64,000 nucleotides of DNA from a virus (Duplodnaviria; Heunggongvirae; Uroviricota; Caudoviricetes). Position 1 is the stretch's first letter. Every line of letters begins with the position of its first letter. The translations under genes were made by a program, and so were the position numbers. Location of the stretch: the IMG/VR virus record IMGVR_UViG_3300037455_000372, positions 203,710-267,709 of that record; one strand, 5' to 3'. Under the pieces are notes generated by a model, which saw only the letters and a list, made by a program, of their open reading frames with translations, did not search any database and was not told where the DNA came from. Shown piece by piece: positions 9,115 to 18,323 of this stretch.

Positions 9115-10451
9115 TGGCAAGTGGACTTGGTACCAGTTTTAGCGTTACTGTGGTATTGAATGACCGTATTTTTGACGCTAACGACATAGATGAACTGTCG
9201 ATGACAATTCCCATTAACGAATTGCCGTTTGGAACTGCTACGGTTCTTGTTACCAATTTGCCGGATTTTCAGATCGATAGCGGATGTTTCGGTAGGTTTG
9301 TGTTCCTAAACACTGGTTATCAAGGCGTTGACGGCAGCGGATTTACGTTTTTGATTACTTCGGCGACCCAGACGCTAGTCAATGAAGGAACTATTGCGGT
9401 CAAGTTTAATTGGAAGATGAACTCTCCGGACCTTATGAAAAAGACGACGGAGGCCATCAAGGGTTCTAGTCTCGATGCGATGATTGACATCTTGAAGTCG
9501 TACGAAGGCGTAGCACCATACCAGAATCTCATTGTCGGCGATGCGGCCAATCTTACCGATACGATGACTTGGCGTTATATCAACTGTAACCTAGTCGACA
9601 AGCTCCGCACGACCGTCGACCATTCCGCGATGGTTGGCGACTATATGTTCTGGACTTACGATATCGTGTCCCAGTGCATTCTTATATCCTCGTTGAATAC
9701 GTCGAAGAAAGTCAGTACACCGATGGCTTGTATCTATTCTCAAGATGCAAGGACATCGACCGCAAGCTCTAGGTTTGTGGATTCTAACACCAAGAGCGAG
9801 GCTTGGCTGTATTACCAAGAGGAACGGATGTCCAACAAGGGTGAGAACCTTGCTGAATCGTTCCCGAACATCGTCCATTCGAGCGTGGACTCGAAGGGTA
9901 AGGCAGACGTGTCGAACTGCTACGGCGACTGCTACGATGCTCTTATGCAGCATTACGGAGCGATGAACGCAGAACAGACCGCCACCAAGTTTAATCTACC
10001 GGACACGAAGTCCGTTTACGGCGACATCAAGGTCATCAACAACTTCCCCGGCAATGTGCATAATTCTTATTGTATCGCCGAACAGATTCGCCTCCGTCAC
10101 CTCACGGAATACTCCAAGCTGATGTCAATCGGCTTGACGAACTGTATCGGTCCCGCCGTTGGTAGTCGCGTGTATGTCTACTCGCTGAATCCAGCCAATG
10201 ACGGCGGCACGAACGGTCCGGATATGTATTACACAGACGAATACATCGTTATTGCCAAGCGTATTAAGAAGGATACGACCGTTTCTGCTGGTGCATTGGG
10301 TTCGTCTCATTTCAACCAGCAGCCTGACCACTTGACTATTCTGACCTTGATTTCCAACCACGAAGGAACCCAAGGTTACGACCCGACGATGCAGAAGCTT
10401 GATGAAATTGCAAAGGCTTGTAAGATTGAAGCCGATAAGTTGAAGAAGTAG
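9114..10451 (+). CDS. Baseplate hub protein (gp27-like)
   Basis: Size, beta-rich character and position between gp53-like and gp5-like genes; C-terminal YIVIAKRI strand. Confidence 0.5.
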   Translation: MASGLGTSFSVTVVLNDRIFDANDIDELSMTIPINELPFGTATVLVTNLPDFQIDSGCFGRFVFLNTGYQGVDGSGFTFLITSATQTLVNEGTIAVKFNWKMNSPDLMKKTTEAIKGSSLDAMIDILKSYEGVAPYQNLIVGDAANLTDTMTWRYINCNLVDKLRTTVDHSAMVGDYMFWTYDIVSQCILISSLNTSKKVSTPMACIYSQDARTSTASSRFVDSNTKSEAWLYYQEERMSNKGENLAESFPNIVHSSVDSKGKADVSNCYGDCYDALMQHYGAMNAEQTATKFNLPDTKSVYGDIKVINNFPGNVHNSYCIAEQIRLRHLTEYSKLMSIGLTNCIGPAVGSRVYVYSLNPANDGGTNGPDMYYTDEYIVIAKRIKKDTTVSAGALGSSHFNQQPDHLTILTLISNHEGTQGYDPTMQKLDEIAKACKIEADKLKK

Positions 10452-10458
10452 GTGCGAT

Positions 10459-11697
10459 ATGGGAATGTACAACAAGTTACCAGATGTCGATTACCTAGCT
10501 GTGGTTGTTCAGGGTAGCGTCGATACGATGCACCGTGGTGCCGTGATGGCTCGCGTTTTGGGCGTTACTGACGAATTGGACGATGAAGACCAGCCGTATT
10601 TCTATCCGGCGTTGAATAGTTCAATCCAGCAAGTCCCGCCGGTTGGATATTACTTGAGAGTCCGTTTCGAAGATGGCGATATCAACCGTGGTACTTACTA
10701 CGGAATGTCGGCCACGCCTGATGTACTTCCTCCGGAGTTCGCTGACAATTACCCGGATGTGGCCGTTGGAAATCTGGGAGAGGACGGATTCTTCTACACG
10801 CATAATCGTCAGACTCATACCACGACAATCGTAAATCCCGGAAACAATTCTGGATTTGTCTGGGATGCCGCTGGTTTTATTACCTACGAGTCCAACGTCG
10901 CTCACGCGCAAGCTGGGCAAGGAGCCAAGGAAGGCGGTGGAGCTAACACCCACCACGTCCTTACCGAAGCCACGATAGACATTTTCACTTGTATGCCGGT
11001 AGGCGGTAACCGAGACAACACTGGTATCGGCCAAGGCAGTGAATACTTACAGATTTCTCACATTTCCCAGACGACCATCGATGCGTTCAACGGTCAGCCG
11101 CCGCAAGACGATACTTCGAAGTCTCCGGCTCTGTCCGAACCGTTCGACGACAATGTTCCTCACACCGATATCGTCAACAAGAGCGGCGAAACCGTTATGA
11201 AGGTTCCGCTTGAACGAACCGACAAGATGATTCAGAGAAATGGAAAGCAGATTAAGCGTATCTTGGTGTGCCATACTGAAGGAGAATGCTTCCCGGTTAT
11301 GGCTAACAAGTTCACTACGACTGATACCAATGCCCACTTCTTGGTCGGTAAGGTTGCTGGCGACCCCGAAGTCCTTGGCGAAAACGGCAATAAGGATTCG
11401 CTCAAGAATAGCGGCCTTTACCAGTTCATCGACCTTGACAACGATGCTGGCGCATACAGCAACGCATCGATTGATGGCGACAAGGCCAACGTGGATGCCG
11501 TCGTCATTATGCTTGTGGGCGACGCTACCAGTGCTCCCACCTCCTATCAGATGGATGTTCTGGATAAACTGATTGTGCATATCCGTACAAAGGCGGATAA
11601 CTTTGATATTCCAGTCGTTTCGCCGAACAGCTTCGACTTCCCGCAGAATCCGCGTGCGCTGATGCCGAACTTTAGTGCGGACGACTATAACGAGTAG
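10459..11697 (+). CDS. Baseplate spike protein: gp5-like OB-fold plus C-terminal Amidase_2-like domain
   Basis: N-terminal AVVV..DTMHRGAVMARVLG...PPVG..LRVRFEDGD..RGTYYG; C-terminal ILVCHT..AHFLV..VIMLVG..PTSYQMDVL. Confidence 0.7.
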   Translation: MGMYNKLPDVDYLAVVVQGSVDTMHRGAVMARVLGVTDELDDEDQPYFYPALNSSIQQVPPVGYYLRVRFEDGDINRGTYYGMSATPDVLPPEFADNYPDVAVGNLGEDGFFYTHNRQTHTTTIVNPGNNSGFVWDAAGFITYESNVAHAQAGQGAKEGGGANTHHVLTEATIDIFTCMPVGGNRDNTGIGQGSEYLQISHISQTTIDAFNGQPPQDDTSKSPALSEPFDDNVPHTDIVNKSGETVMKVPLERTDKMIQRNGKQIKRILVCHTEGECFPVMANKFTTTDTNAHFLVGKVAGDPEVLGENGNKDSLKNSGLYQFIDLDNDAGAYSNASIDGDKANVDAVVIMLVGDATSAPTSYQMDVLDKLIVHIRTKADNFDIPVVSPNSFDFPQNPRALMPNFSADDYNE

Positions 11698-11705
11698 GTA
11701 ATTGT

Positions 11706-13673
11706 ATGAGTGCTGCGTCAAACAAGAAAATGGATTGCGAGAAGCCTAGGAACGCCGCCAGTGCCGGTATGCAAGCGTCCGTCAATTCTGCGGTCGTTTC
11801 CACTCCTACTGCGAATACCTCGTCCCAGCTCGCCGGAGACTCCAGCTATCCGCTGAAGCCGTCGTTTTTGACCGGAGTTGACGGTATCGCCAATACGATT
11901 ACCGGAGGCATCGAGAAGGCCGCCTCCGCTATGGACGCTACTACGAAGCGTATCAACAACGTCGACTGCAGCGATATGCTGTACGAGTACATAATGAGCA
12001 AGCTGCCGCCATTTACGGCGACGCTCATTAACGGAGCCTCTAAGGGTCTGGACAAGGCAGCGAACTTTGCTCACGGAATCACATCGGGCGCGTCTATCGG
12101 AAACTTGATCCGTAAGCCAGATTTCGTGAAGAACGTGTGTACATTTATCGAGATGTGGGGTGGAACCATAGACGGCTGGCTCGACGTGATTGTCAAGGCG
12201 GCGTTTGCATTGTTCAACAAGATCGATGCCGCTCGCGAGCGTCTGGAGAACGCGACTCTCGACTTTACCGAGGCCGTCCGTAACTGTGTCCTAGATGTCA
12301 TTAACGCGATACAAGACAAGTTGAACGGCTTGCTGAATTTCACGATGGCGATCAACTGGGACGACCTTGGAAAGTATATGGCCAAGTGTCCTTGCTTGGC
12401 GAACGTAATCGCGTACTTGACTGGTTGTACCGAGGATGCCGATGGTAATCCGACTAAAGGCCGTCCTTGGGCTATAATCGCGTGCATCAATGAAAAGTTC
12501 TCGTTCCTTAACGTAGATGACTTGAAGTTTGGTCTTGACACGATGATTACGAAATATGTCAAGAATTTCATCAATGGTCTGTTTAATCTTATCGAGGCTT
12601 GGATTGTCTATGTCTATGACCTTGTCATCAAGCCGTTCCGATTCTTGATGAAGAAGTATGTCGAGTTGCTTACCAAGAAAATGAACGTGGACAAGTTCAT
12701 AGATACGGTCGGTCCGTTTGAGTGTTTCTTCGTCTACACGGAGGAATACGAAAATGGAAAGAAGTATTACGGTATGTCTGCCATCGATATGATCAAGACT
12801 TACAAGGGATGGATTGGTTGTCTCGAAATTGCTTGTCCGAACCTTTCGGAAAAGATTAAGAACCGTACCAAGCAGATGTACAAGGACTTGCGCCTAGAGG
12901 ACAAGTATTGGCGTCGTGCTATGGAAGCCGATATCTATACTTGCTGTCTGGCCACCGAGCTTGATGCGCCTACCGCCCGTGAGAGTGTTCTCCGCCAGCT
13001 GTACTTCGAGAATCCTTGGGATTGGCTGTTGTCTCTATTCAAGAAGGCCAAGAACAAGGACGACAATACCAGCGAGGCAGACGCGGAAGCCGAAGAATAC
13101 GACGTTAGCCGTCCGTTCACTTTCGCCGACTTGCATCCGTCCGAGGGTTCGTCTCTTGGTGGAAGTATCAAGGACGCTATCAATTTCACGTACTCCGTCG
13201 AAACTGAAAACGAGGTGATGGCCGGACCCAAGAAGATTTCGAAGTTCGAGGAAAATACCTTGAAGAGTATTGTCGGCAGTATGTCGTCCCAGACCGATGA
13301 CAACTACTACGTCGAGCATATGTACCAGCTCGTTCGGTTCTCGAACAATTATGCGACTTCGGAAGCATATATCCAGTATGTCTCTGATAAGCTGGATTCT
13401 ATCGAGTCGCTGTCCGGTAATTATTCGTCTGGCGACAACGGTATGAACAATTCTAGCGTTCGCCAGCCGTACTATGTAGACAATCCGACTGGCTATCCGA
13501 CGGCTGATGGTTCCGTGTCGACCCCGGCCATCGTCGCTACCTACACGGTGCCGAGCGATTTCGACCAGACCCGTTCGGAAAAGATATCCTACTTCCAGTT
13601 CACGCCGCAAGCGTCAGGTGAAACACTGGCAAACTACTACGCGAGAATGTACCAGTCAGCTGTGAGGTCGTAA
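11706..13673 (+). CDS. Cys-rich helical hypothetical protein, probably virion or baseplate associated
   Basis: 655-aa ORF inside the baseplate operon; no family recognised. Confidence 0.75.
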   Translation: MSAASNKKMDCEKPRNAASAGMQASVNSAVVSTPTANTSSQLAGDSSYPLKPSFLTGVDGIANTITGGIEKAASAMDATTKRINNVDCSDMLYEYIMSKLPPFTATLINGASKGLDKAANFAHGITSGASIGNLIRKPDFVKNVCTFIEMWGGTIDGWLDVIVKAAFALFNKIDAARERLENATLDFTEAVRNCVLDVINAIQDKLNGLLNFTMAINWDDLGKYMAKCPCLANVIAYLTGCTEDADGNPTKGRPWAIIACINEKFSFLNVDDLKFGLDTMITKYVKNFINGLFNLIEAWIVYVYDLVIKPFRFLMKKYVELLTKKMNVDKFIDTVGPFECFFVYTEEYENGKKYYGMSAIDMIKTYKGWIGCLEIACPNLSEKIKNRTKQMYKDLRLEDKYWRRAMEADIYTCCLATELDAPTARESVLRQLYFENPWDWLLSLFKKAKNKDDNTSEADAEAEEYDVSRPFTFADLHPSEGSSLGGSIKDAINFTYSVETENEVMAGPKKISKFEENTLKSIVGSMSSQTDDNYYVEHMYQLVRFSNNYATSEAYIQYVSDKLDSIESLSGNYSSGDNGMNNSSVRQPYYVDNPTGYPTADGSVSTPAIVATYTVPSDFDQTRSEKISYFQFTPQASGETLANYYARMYQSAVRS

Positions 13674-14206
13674 TGGCTCACAATTACTACAAAGATTGCC
13701 ACAAGGGTACGTACACCCTGTTGCACCCGGAGAAGTATATGCCGAACGCTCCGCTCCCACAGTACAAGTCTGAATGGGAGCAGAAGTTCTTCGTACTTTG
13801 CGACGTGCATCCTCTTATAACGATGTGGGGGTATGAACCGCCTCCGATTTCCATTGCCTATATGTCTCCGAAGTACCAGAAGATTTCGATATACAAGCCT
13901 GACATTTACGTCGAAATCACCGATAAGGACACCCAACAGGTCACCAAATACCTTATCGAGATTAAACCGACCACCTATTCCGTGATCCCAAAGATGCCGA
14001 AACCGCCTTCAAATCAGGCCGATGAAGCGGCTTGGGCTAGGTATAGGAAGCGCAAGGTGTCGTTCGAGGCCAAGCTGATGGATGTTATGGTTAACCACGC
14101 CAAGTGGGCTGCTGCAGAAGAATGGTGCCGCTTGAGGGGGGTAAACTGGTTCATCGCGAACGAAAAGAATATGGGAAGATTGTTCCATTATGACGTTCGG
14201 CTCTAA
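13673..14206 (+). CDS. Head completion nuclease (T4 gp4-like, TnsA-type PD-(D/E)XK)
   Basis: PEKY..YKSEWE..CD..W..E..Y.PD..LIEIKP..N.AKWAAA motifs. Confidence 0.85.
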   Translation: MAHNYYKDCHKGTYTLLHPEKYMPNAPLPQYKSEWEQKFFVLCDVHPLITMWGYEPPPISIAYMSPKYQKISIYKPDIYVEITDKDTQQVTKYLIEIKPTTYSVIPKMPKPPSNQADEAAWARYRKRKVSFEAKLMDVMVNHAKWAAAEEWCRLRGVNWFIANEKNMGRLFHYDVRL

Positions 14207-14246
14207 AATGTAATAATTTAGGGTTTAATCAAGGATTGTACGGATT

Positions 14247-14672
14247 ATGTCGTGCTGCAGTGATACTGTTGTCATTCACGGTGGATATGAGCCTCTGAGC
14301 CAGCGTCTCCTCAACTATGGGAAGGACGCTTATAGCGATGTCGTTTCTCGCCAGCGTGTGGTTATGTGGGTTTTCGTGTTTTACGACGAGAATGACCAGT
14401 GTCCGACTTGCAAGCAAGCTTTCAGCGATATGTTCGCGTGGTTCAACAAGTACCATCTGTTCGACGACCCTGTTCGCTGCGTTCGGACGGTCATTGAGCC
14501 GGAACCAGAGAAAAACCTTATCTACACCGACCTCGGTATGCACAAGCTCCCGGCGGTCGTGTTCTGTACTGATAAGGGTCTGATCTACGATATCGTGTTC
14601 GAGTTTCCGGGTCAGAAATGGCTTGAAGAGTACATCTTGCCGTACATCCAGAACGACGGAAAATTGGGATAA
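14247..14672 (+). CDS. Thioredoxin-like protein
   Basis: FVFY..CPTC CxxC motif and a cis-Pro-like LPAVVF segment. Confidence 0.75.
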   Translation: MSCCSDTVVIHGGYEPLSQRLLNYGKDAYSDVVSRQRVVMWVFVFYDENDQCPTCKQAFSDMFAWFNKYHLFDDPVRCVRTVIEPEPEKNLIYTDLGMHKLPAVVFCTDKGLIYDIVFEFPGQKWLEEYILPYIQNDGKLG

Positions 14673-15718
14673 TGGAATCAAAGGAAACGGTCTACATTAT
14701 GGGCTACAGCCTCGACGCGGTAATCGAGGCTTTGAGACGCAATATGAATGGCGAGTCTGTTCACTTTTTGGCAACGGCCAAGCTCGGTGAACCCCTTGAC
14801 CTTTTCAACGATATGCTGTCGAACCGCACGGTCGCGATCTTGAAGGTCGTGTCCCCTATCGACATCAACTATACGGAATATCATAACCCACGGTTCCTTT
14901 ACATACCGTATGACCGGGTGCGCATCAAGAATACCAAGAACGGAATCATACAGTTTCCGCTTAACAAGAACTCGTTCGAGGACACCGACGAGTGGACTTC
15001 CATATGCGAGTCCTTCAAGAAAGACCCGGTCTATTCAGTTTTGATGGACAAGGGTAACTCTCCGTCTAAGCTGGTCAGCGCAATGAAGGCGCATATGCCT
15101 AGTACGTTCGTGGACACGTTCTGCAAGGCTATGGGCATCACGCGCTGGCGTGGAATCCAGTTGTCCCACTTGACAATGATCGGCTTCAACTACGAATATC
15201 CGTTCTCCTACCTAGACAGAGACTACCAAGAGACGTTCTATAAGCCCGATATGACTTACGAGGAAATCTGTACGCAGATGCTCGCCGTCGCCGGAATTCC
15301 GGTTACGCATATCAACGCCAAGGTTTGCTCGAAAATTATCCGTGACCGGGAGTTTACCGACCCTCTAATCATTATGGACAACCGTATCGACGGCTACCTC
15401 CGATATGTGTGCGGTCGTTTCGATAGAATCCGTATGTCGAGCGAACAGGTCAAGATGCCGCCGCAGCTGTCAACTGGCCGTAACGGGCTGTACTACACGC
15501 CGTACAGCACTGACTTCTGGGGTGTCGAGATACTGGGTGACAAGGCTTATAAGCTCAGTTCCGAGCTGGTCAATACGCTCTACGACGAGTTCATTTCCGA
15601 AATCCCGCTGAGTAGGACGAACGCCAAGCTTTATAACCAGTACGAGTCTATGGTGAAATTCTACGGGCCGAAGAAGATGCTCGATGTCCGCCAAAGAGTC
15701 GAAACTATGGTCAAATAA
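14672..15718 (+). CDS. UDP-galactopyranose mutase (Glf)-like protein, degenerate
   Basis: FPLNKNS and IDGYLRYVCGRF resemble Glf motifs; the GxGxxG FAD motif is replaced by GYSLDA. Confidence 0.5.
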   Translation: MESKETVYIMGYSLDAVIEALRRNMNGESVHFLATAKLGEPLDLFNDMLSNRTVAILKVVSPIDINYTEYHNPRFLYIPYDRVRIKNTKNGIIQFPLNKNSFEDTDEWTSICESFKKDPVYSVLMDKGNSPSKLVSAMKAHMPSTFVDTFCKAMGITRWRGIQLSHLTMIGFNYEYPFSYLDRDYQETFYKPDMTYEEICTQMLAVAGIPVTHINAKVCSKIIRDREFTDPLIIMDNRIDGYLRYVCGRFDRIRMSSEQVKMPPQLSTGRNGLYYTPYSTDFWGVEILGDKAYKLSSELVNTLYDEFISEIPLSRTNAKLYNQYESMVKFYGPKKMLDVRQRVETMVK

Positions 15719-15748
15719 AAGAAACCCACACTGAGTGTGGGTCTTTTC
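15717..15748. terminator. Bidirectional terminator between convergent genes
   Basis: ACCCACAC-tga-GTGTGGGT flanked by A and T runs. Confidence 0.75.
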
Positions 15749-15749
15749 A

Positions 15750-16763
15750 TTAGTCGTCTTTCTTCTTAAATGTACGCATTCCGTAATCTGAATAGTATTC
15801 CGTCGGATTGAATGTCTCGTATGTAAATGCCTTCTTGGTGGCTTGGAGAGACTTATAAGTTTCCTCATAGAATGAATGGCGGAAGGTATTGTAGTCGGTT
15901 TTCTTTTCTAGCGCATTGGAGTCCGAACCGTCACGAGTATTGTCGCGAAGATATCGGAGCTGAGTCTTGAATGTTCCGTGGAAGCAGTTCGGGTATGCAA
16001 AGCTTACGCTGAACTTGTACGGATTGTTCTCGCTGAACCCTAGCTTCATATCCGGAGAATTTTTCAGTACGGCGGAGTTGAACTCGAACATTTGGTTCAA
16101 TGCGATATCGGTGATGTACGGAGCCGTTTGGGTCGCCAGCTGGCCAGTACCACTACGCTGCATAGTCGTGGCTTCTGAATACACATCGATGGCCACGTTG
16201 ATCTTGTGCCAAGTGCTCCTAGCCTTCAGGACGAGCGGACTGAACTGCACGTTGAACAAGGCGTTGAAGAACTGGTACCACATCATATACGGGTCGTCAA
16301 CGATTTGAAGCTGTAAATCCTTCGGACCGGCGTCACCGGTAAGCAGAGGGTACTGCATCTGTTTCGTAGTATCGAGAGAACCGAATCGCATCGGGTTGGC
16401 AGTGTTACCCTTAACCGTCGCAGACTCGCAAGCCCAATACATATTGAGAACCTTGCTAGAACGGTCATAGAACATATCGAGCCAGTCGTTGAACGCCGCT
16501 TTCCAGTGAAGGTCACCGGTGTCCTTGAACGTCTTTGTGTTAGACAGCGTGTACTTGTCGGCGTATGCGTTCCTGTCCATCACGCGAAGAGCTTCCGAGA
16601 CGTACTCGCCCCAGAATCCGACGTGATACTTGTTGAGCAAGTGTCCGCGAGCTGCCGCGTAGAACTTGTCCATATAGAAAGCGAGGTAAGCGTCGCCGGA
16701 TGCCTTTCGGTTTAGCGGATCACCTATACCAGCGGACGTGCCGCGTTTATAGTTTGTAGCCAT
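15750..16763 (-). CDS. Tail tube initiator-like protein (gp54/gp19 fold)
   Basis: NKYHV..CESATV.G..LQLQIVDD..YQFF..FEF...FSVSFAY tube-fold pattern. Confidence 0.5.
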   Translation of the reverse strand: MATNYKRGTSAGIGDPLNRKASGDAYLAFYMDKFYAAARGHLLNKYHVGFWGEYVSEALRVMDRNAYADKYTLSNTKTFKDTGDLHWKAAFNDWLDMFYDRSSKVLNMYWACESATVKGNTANPMRFGSLDTTKQMQYPLLTGDAGPKDLQLQIVDDPYMMWYQFFNALFNVQFSPLVLKARSTWHKINVAIDVYSEATTMQRSGTGQLATQTAPYITDIALNQMFEFNSAVLKNSPDMKLGFSENNPYKFSVSFAYPNCFHGTFKTQLRYLRDNTRDGSDSNALEKKTDYNTFRHSFYEETYKSLQATKKAFTYETFNPTEYYSDYGMRTFKKKDD

Positions 16764-16772
16764 AGCTTACCT

Positions 16773-17465
16773 CTACTGGTTATAGTAACTGTCTGAACCG
16801 TAGGACACGCAGATAGCGTTCATCAGTTCGTTTGGGTCGGGCAGACGGATAATCCGCTGGATTTCGTACTTGATGCTCAAGTTGAAACTCACGGTCTGCA
16901 GAGTACCCGGCTTGAAGTTGAGAGGGGATATTGCCGTAAAACGGCAGCGTTCCAGACGGACTATCATATACTCTTGGGCTACGTCGTCGGCCAAGTGCAT
17001 ATCGATCCACTGGAGATAGGTTAGACGGTTGCGGTAGCGGCGGTCAGTGCCGTATACACGGTGCATACGGTCAAGAACCGGGTCGGCATCGGTCTGGCCG
17101 CTCTGGACTACGTCCATATAGCGACGGATCGCCCACCAGTTCTCGTATCGGTTGTCAGCCAGCATAGCGACTGAAATGGTGTCGTCGTACTGGTTGTCTT
17201 CTTGCGTGGGGATGTTGGTCACAAACTTGTAGTGGCCTTCCTTCTGCAGTGAACAGCTTAGTCCGGGGCAAACCCAGTCCATAATGTTGGCATTGACAAC
17301 TTCCTGAGCGTCTGTCGTGTATGGTTCGGTAACGCTTGTGCGGCGTTCGACGTAGTTGACCGGGAATTCAGAAAAGCGGAGACGCGCAAAGCCCTGATGC
17401 ACGGGCACCGGGTTTCGCGTCAATCGTCTCGCTTGATGCTGTAACTGTTCGGTCAAATCTGTCAT
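16773..17465 (-). CDS. Tail tube terminator-like protein (T4 gp3-like)
   Basis: CPGLS..YDDTISVAMLADNRYENWWAIRRYM..ISPLNF..FNLSIKY resembles gp3. Confidence 0.6.
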   Translation of the reverse strand: MTDLTEQLQHQARRLTRNPVPVHQGFARLRFSEFPVNYVERRTSVTEPYTTDAQEVVNANIMDWVCPGLSCSLQKEGHYKFVTNIPTQEDNQYDDTISVAMLADNRYENWWAIRRYMDVVQSGQTDADPVLDRMHRVYGTDRRYRNRLTYLQWIDMHLADDVAQEYMIVRLERCRFTAISPLNFKPGTLQTVSFNLSIKYEIQRIIRLPDPNELMNAICVSYGSDSYYNQ

Positions 17466-17474
17466 CGACGAACC

Positions 17475-18236
17475 TTACTTCTTGACGTTGGCCGGTTCGA
17501 GCTTCTTGGGCTTCACAGCACCGCTCTTGTCAACCATCTTGTTGTCCTTGGACGGAATCGCATCCTTGACAACGACGGTCGTACCGGTCATATCAATGAT
17601 CTTCGGCTTTGCGTCAATCTTTCCGAGGCCGTCTTTCGGTTTTACAACACCGGTCTTGTCGACCATCTTGTTATCCTTGGACGGGATGGCGGTCTTGACA
17701 ACGACTTCGGCACTTGCGTCAACGTCGAACTTCGGCTTCTTGTCGATCTTTCCGAGACCGTCCTTCGGTTCCACAACGCCGGTCTTGTCCGGGAGCTTGG
17801 TAGCGGTGGTCTTGGCCATTTCCTTGAACACGCCGAGGACTTCGGTTTCGGAAGTGCTCTTGCCGTTGAGTCCGGTGACCTTGGTGGTCTTGAGAGCCTT
17901 GATGGTATTGGAAATCTTTTCGACGGACGGAATCTTTTCGCCGTTCTTCACTTCGAGACGACCGAAATCGTCACCCTTGGTTTCAGCCTTCTTGGCCTTC
18001 ATATTGCCAAGGAACTTTTCCCAAGCGGTCGCAACGTCGGAATCACGGAAGTCAACCTTGGGCTTCACGACGCCAGTCTTGTCGGAAACGACCTTGGACT
18101 TCGCCGGGGTGGGCGTGCTGAACGGGAAGATGTCTTTGACATCGATGGTGGTATCGGTCTTGCGCGGCTGTTTCTTGGCCTCCAGAATGATCTGGGCAAG
18201 CTCGGTTTCATTAGGGAGGTCGAACATATCGTACAT
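17475..18236 (-). CDS. Lys-rich repeat protein (DKTGVVKPK repeats)
   Basis: Four DK(T/S)G(V/A)V(K/E)PK repeats; TATAAACT at 18267-18274 upstream. Confidence 0.75.
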   Translation of the reverse strand: MYDMFDLPNETELAQIILEAKKQPRKTDTTIDVKDIFPFSTPTPAKSKVVSDKTGVVKPKVDFRDSDVATAWEKFLGNMKAKKAETKGDDFGRLEVKNGEKIPSVEKISNTIKALKTTKVTGLNGKSTSETEVLGVFKEMAKTTATKLPDKTGVVEPKDGLGKIDKKPKFDVDASAEVVVKTAIPSKDNKMVDKTGVVKPKDGLGKIDAKPKIIDMTGTTVVVKDAIPSKDNKMVDKSGAVKPKKLEPANVKK

Positions 18237-18266
18237 AGTATACCCTTCAAATGTGCTTTACATCCT

Positions 18267-18304
18267 AGTTTATATGATTCTGTTTGGCTCAAAATGAATA
18301 AACT
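18267..18304. promoter_or_regulatory. Divergent pair of (T/A)ATAAACT promoters
   Basis: Minus-strand TATAAACT at 18267-18274 and plus-strand AATAAACT at 18297-18304. Confidence 0.7.
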
Positions 18305-18323
18305 GCGTATTGAGGAATAACCG

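Noticed and set aside
13673-14206. Tn7-like transposon suggested by the TnsA-type fold
   Set aside because: Motifs and context match T4 gp4 head completion nuclease, and there is no tnsB or tnsC.
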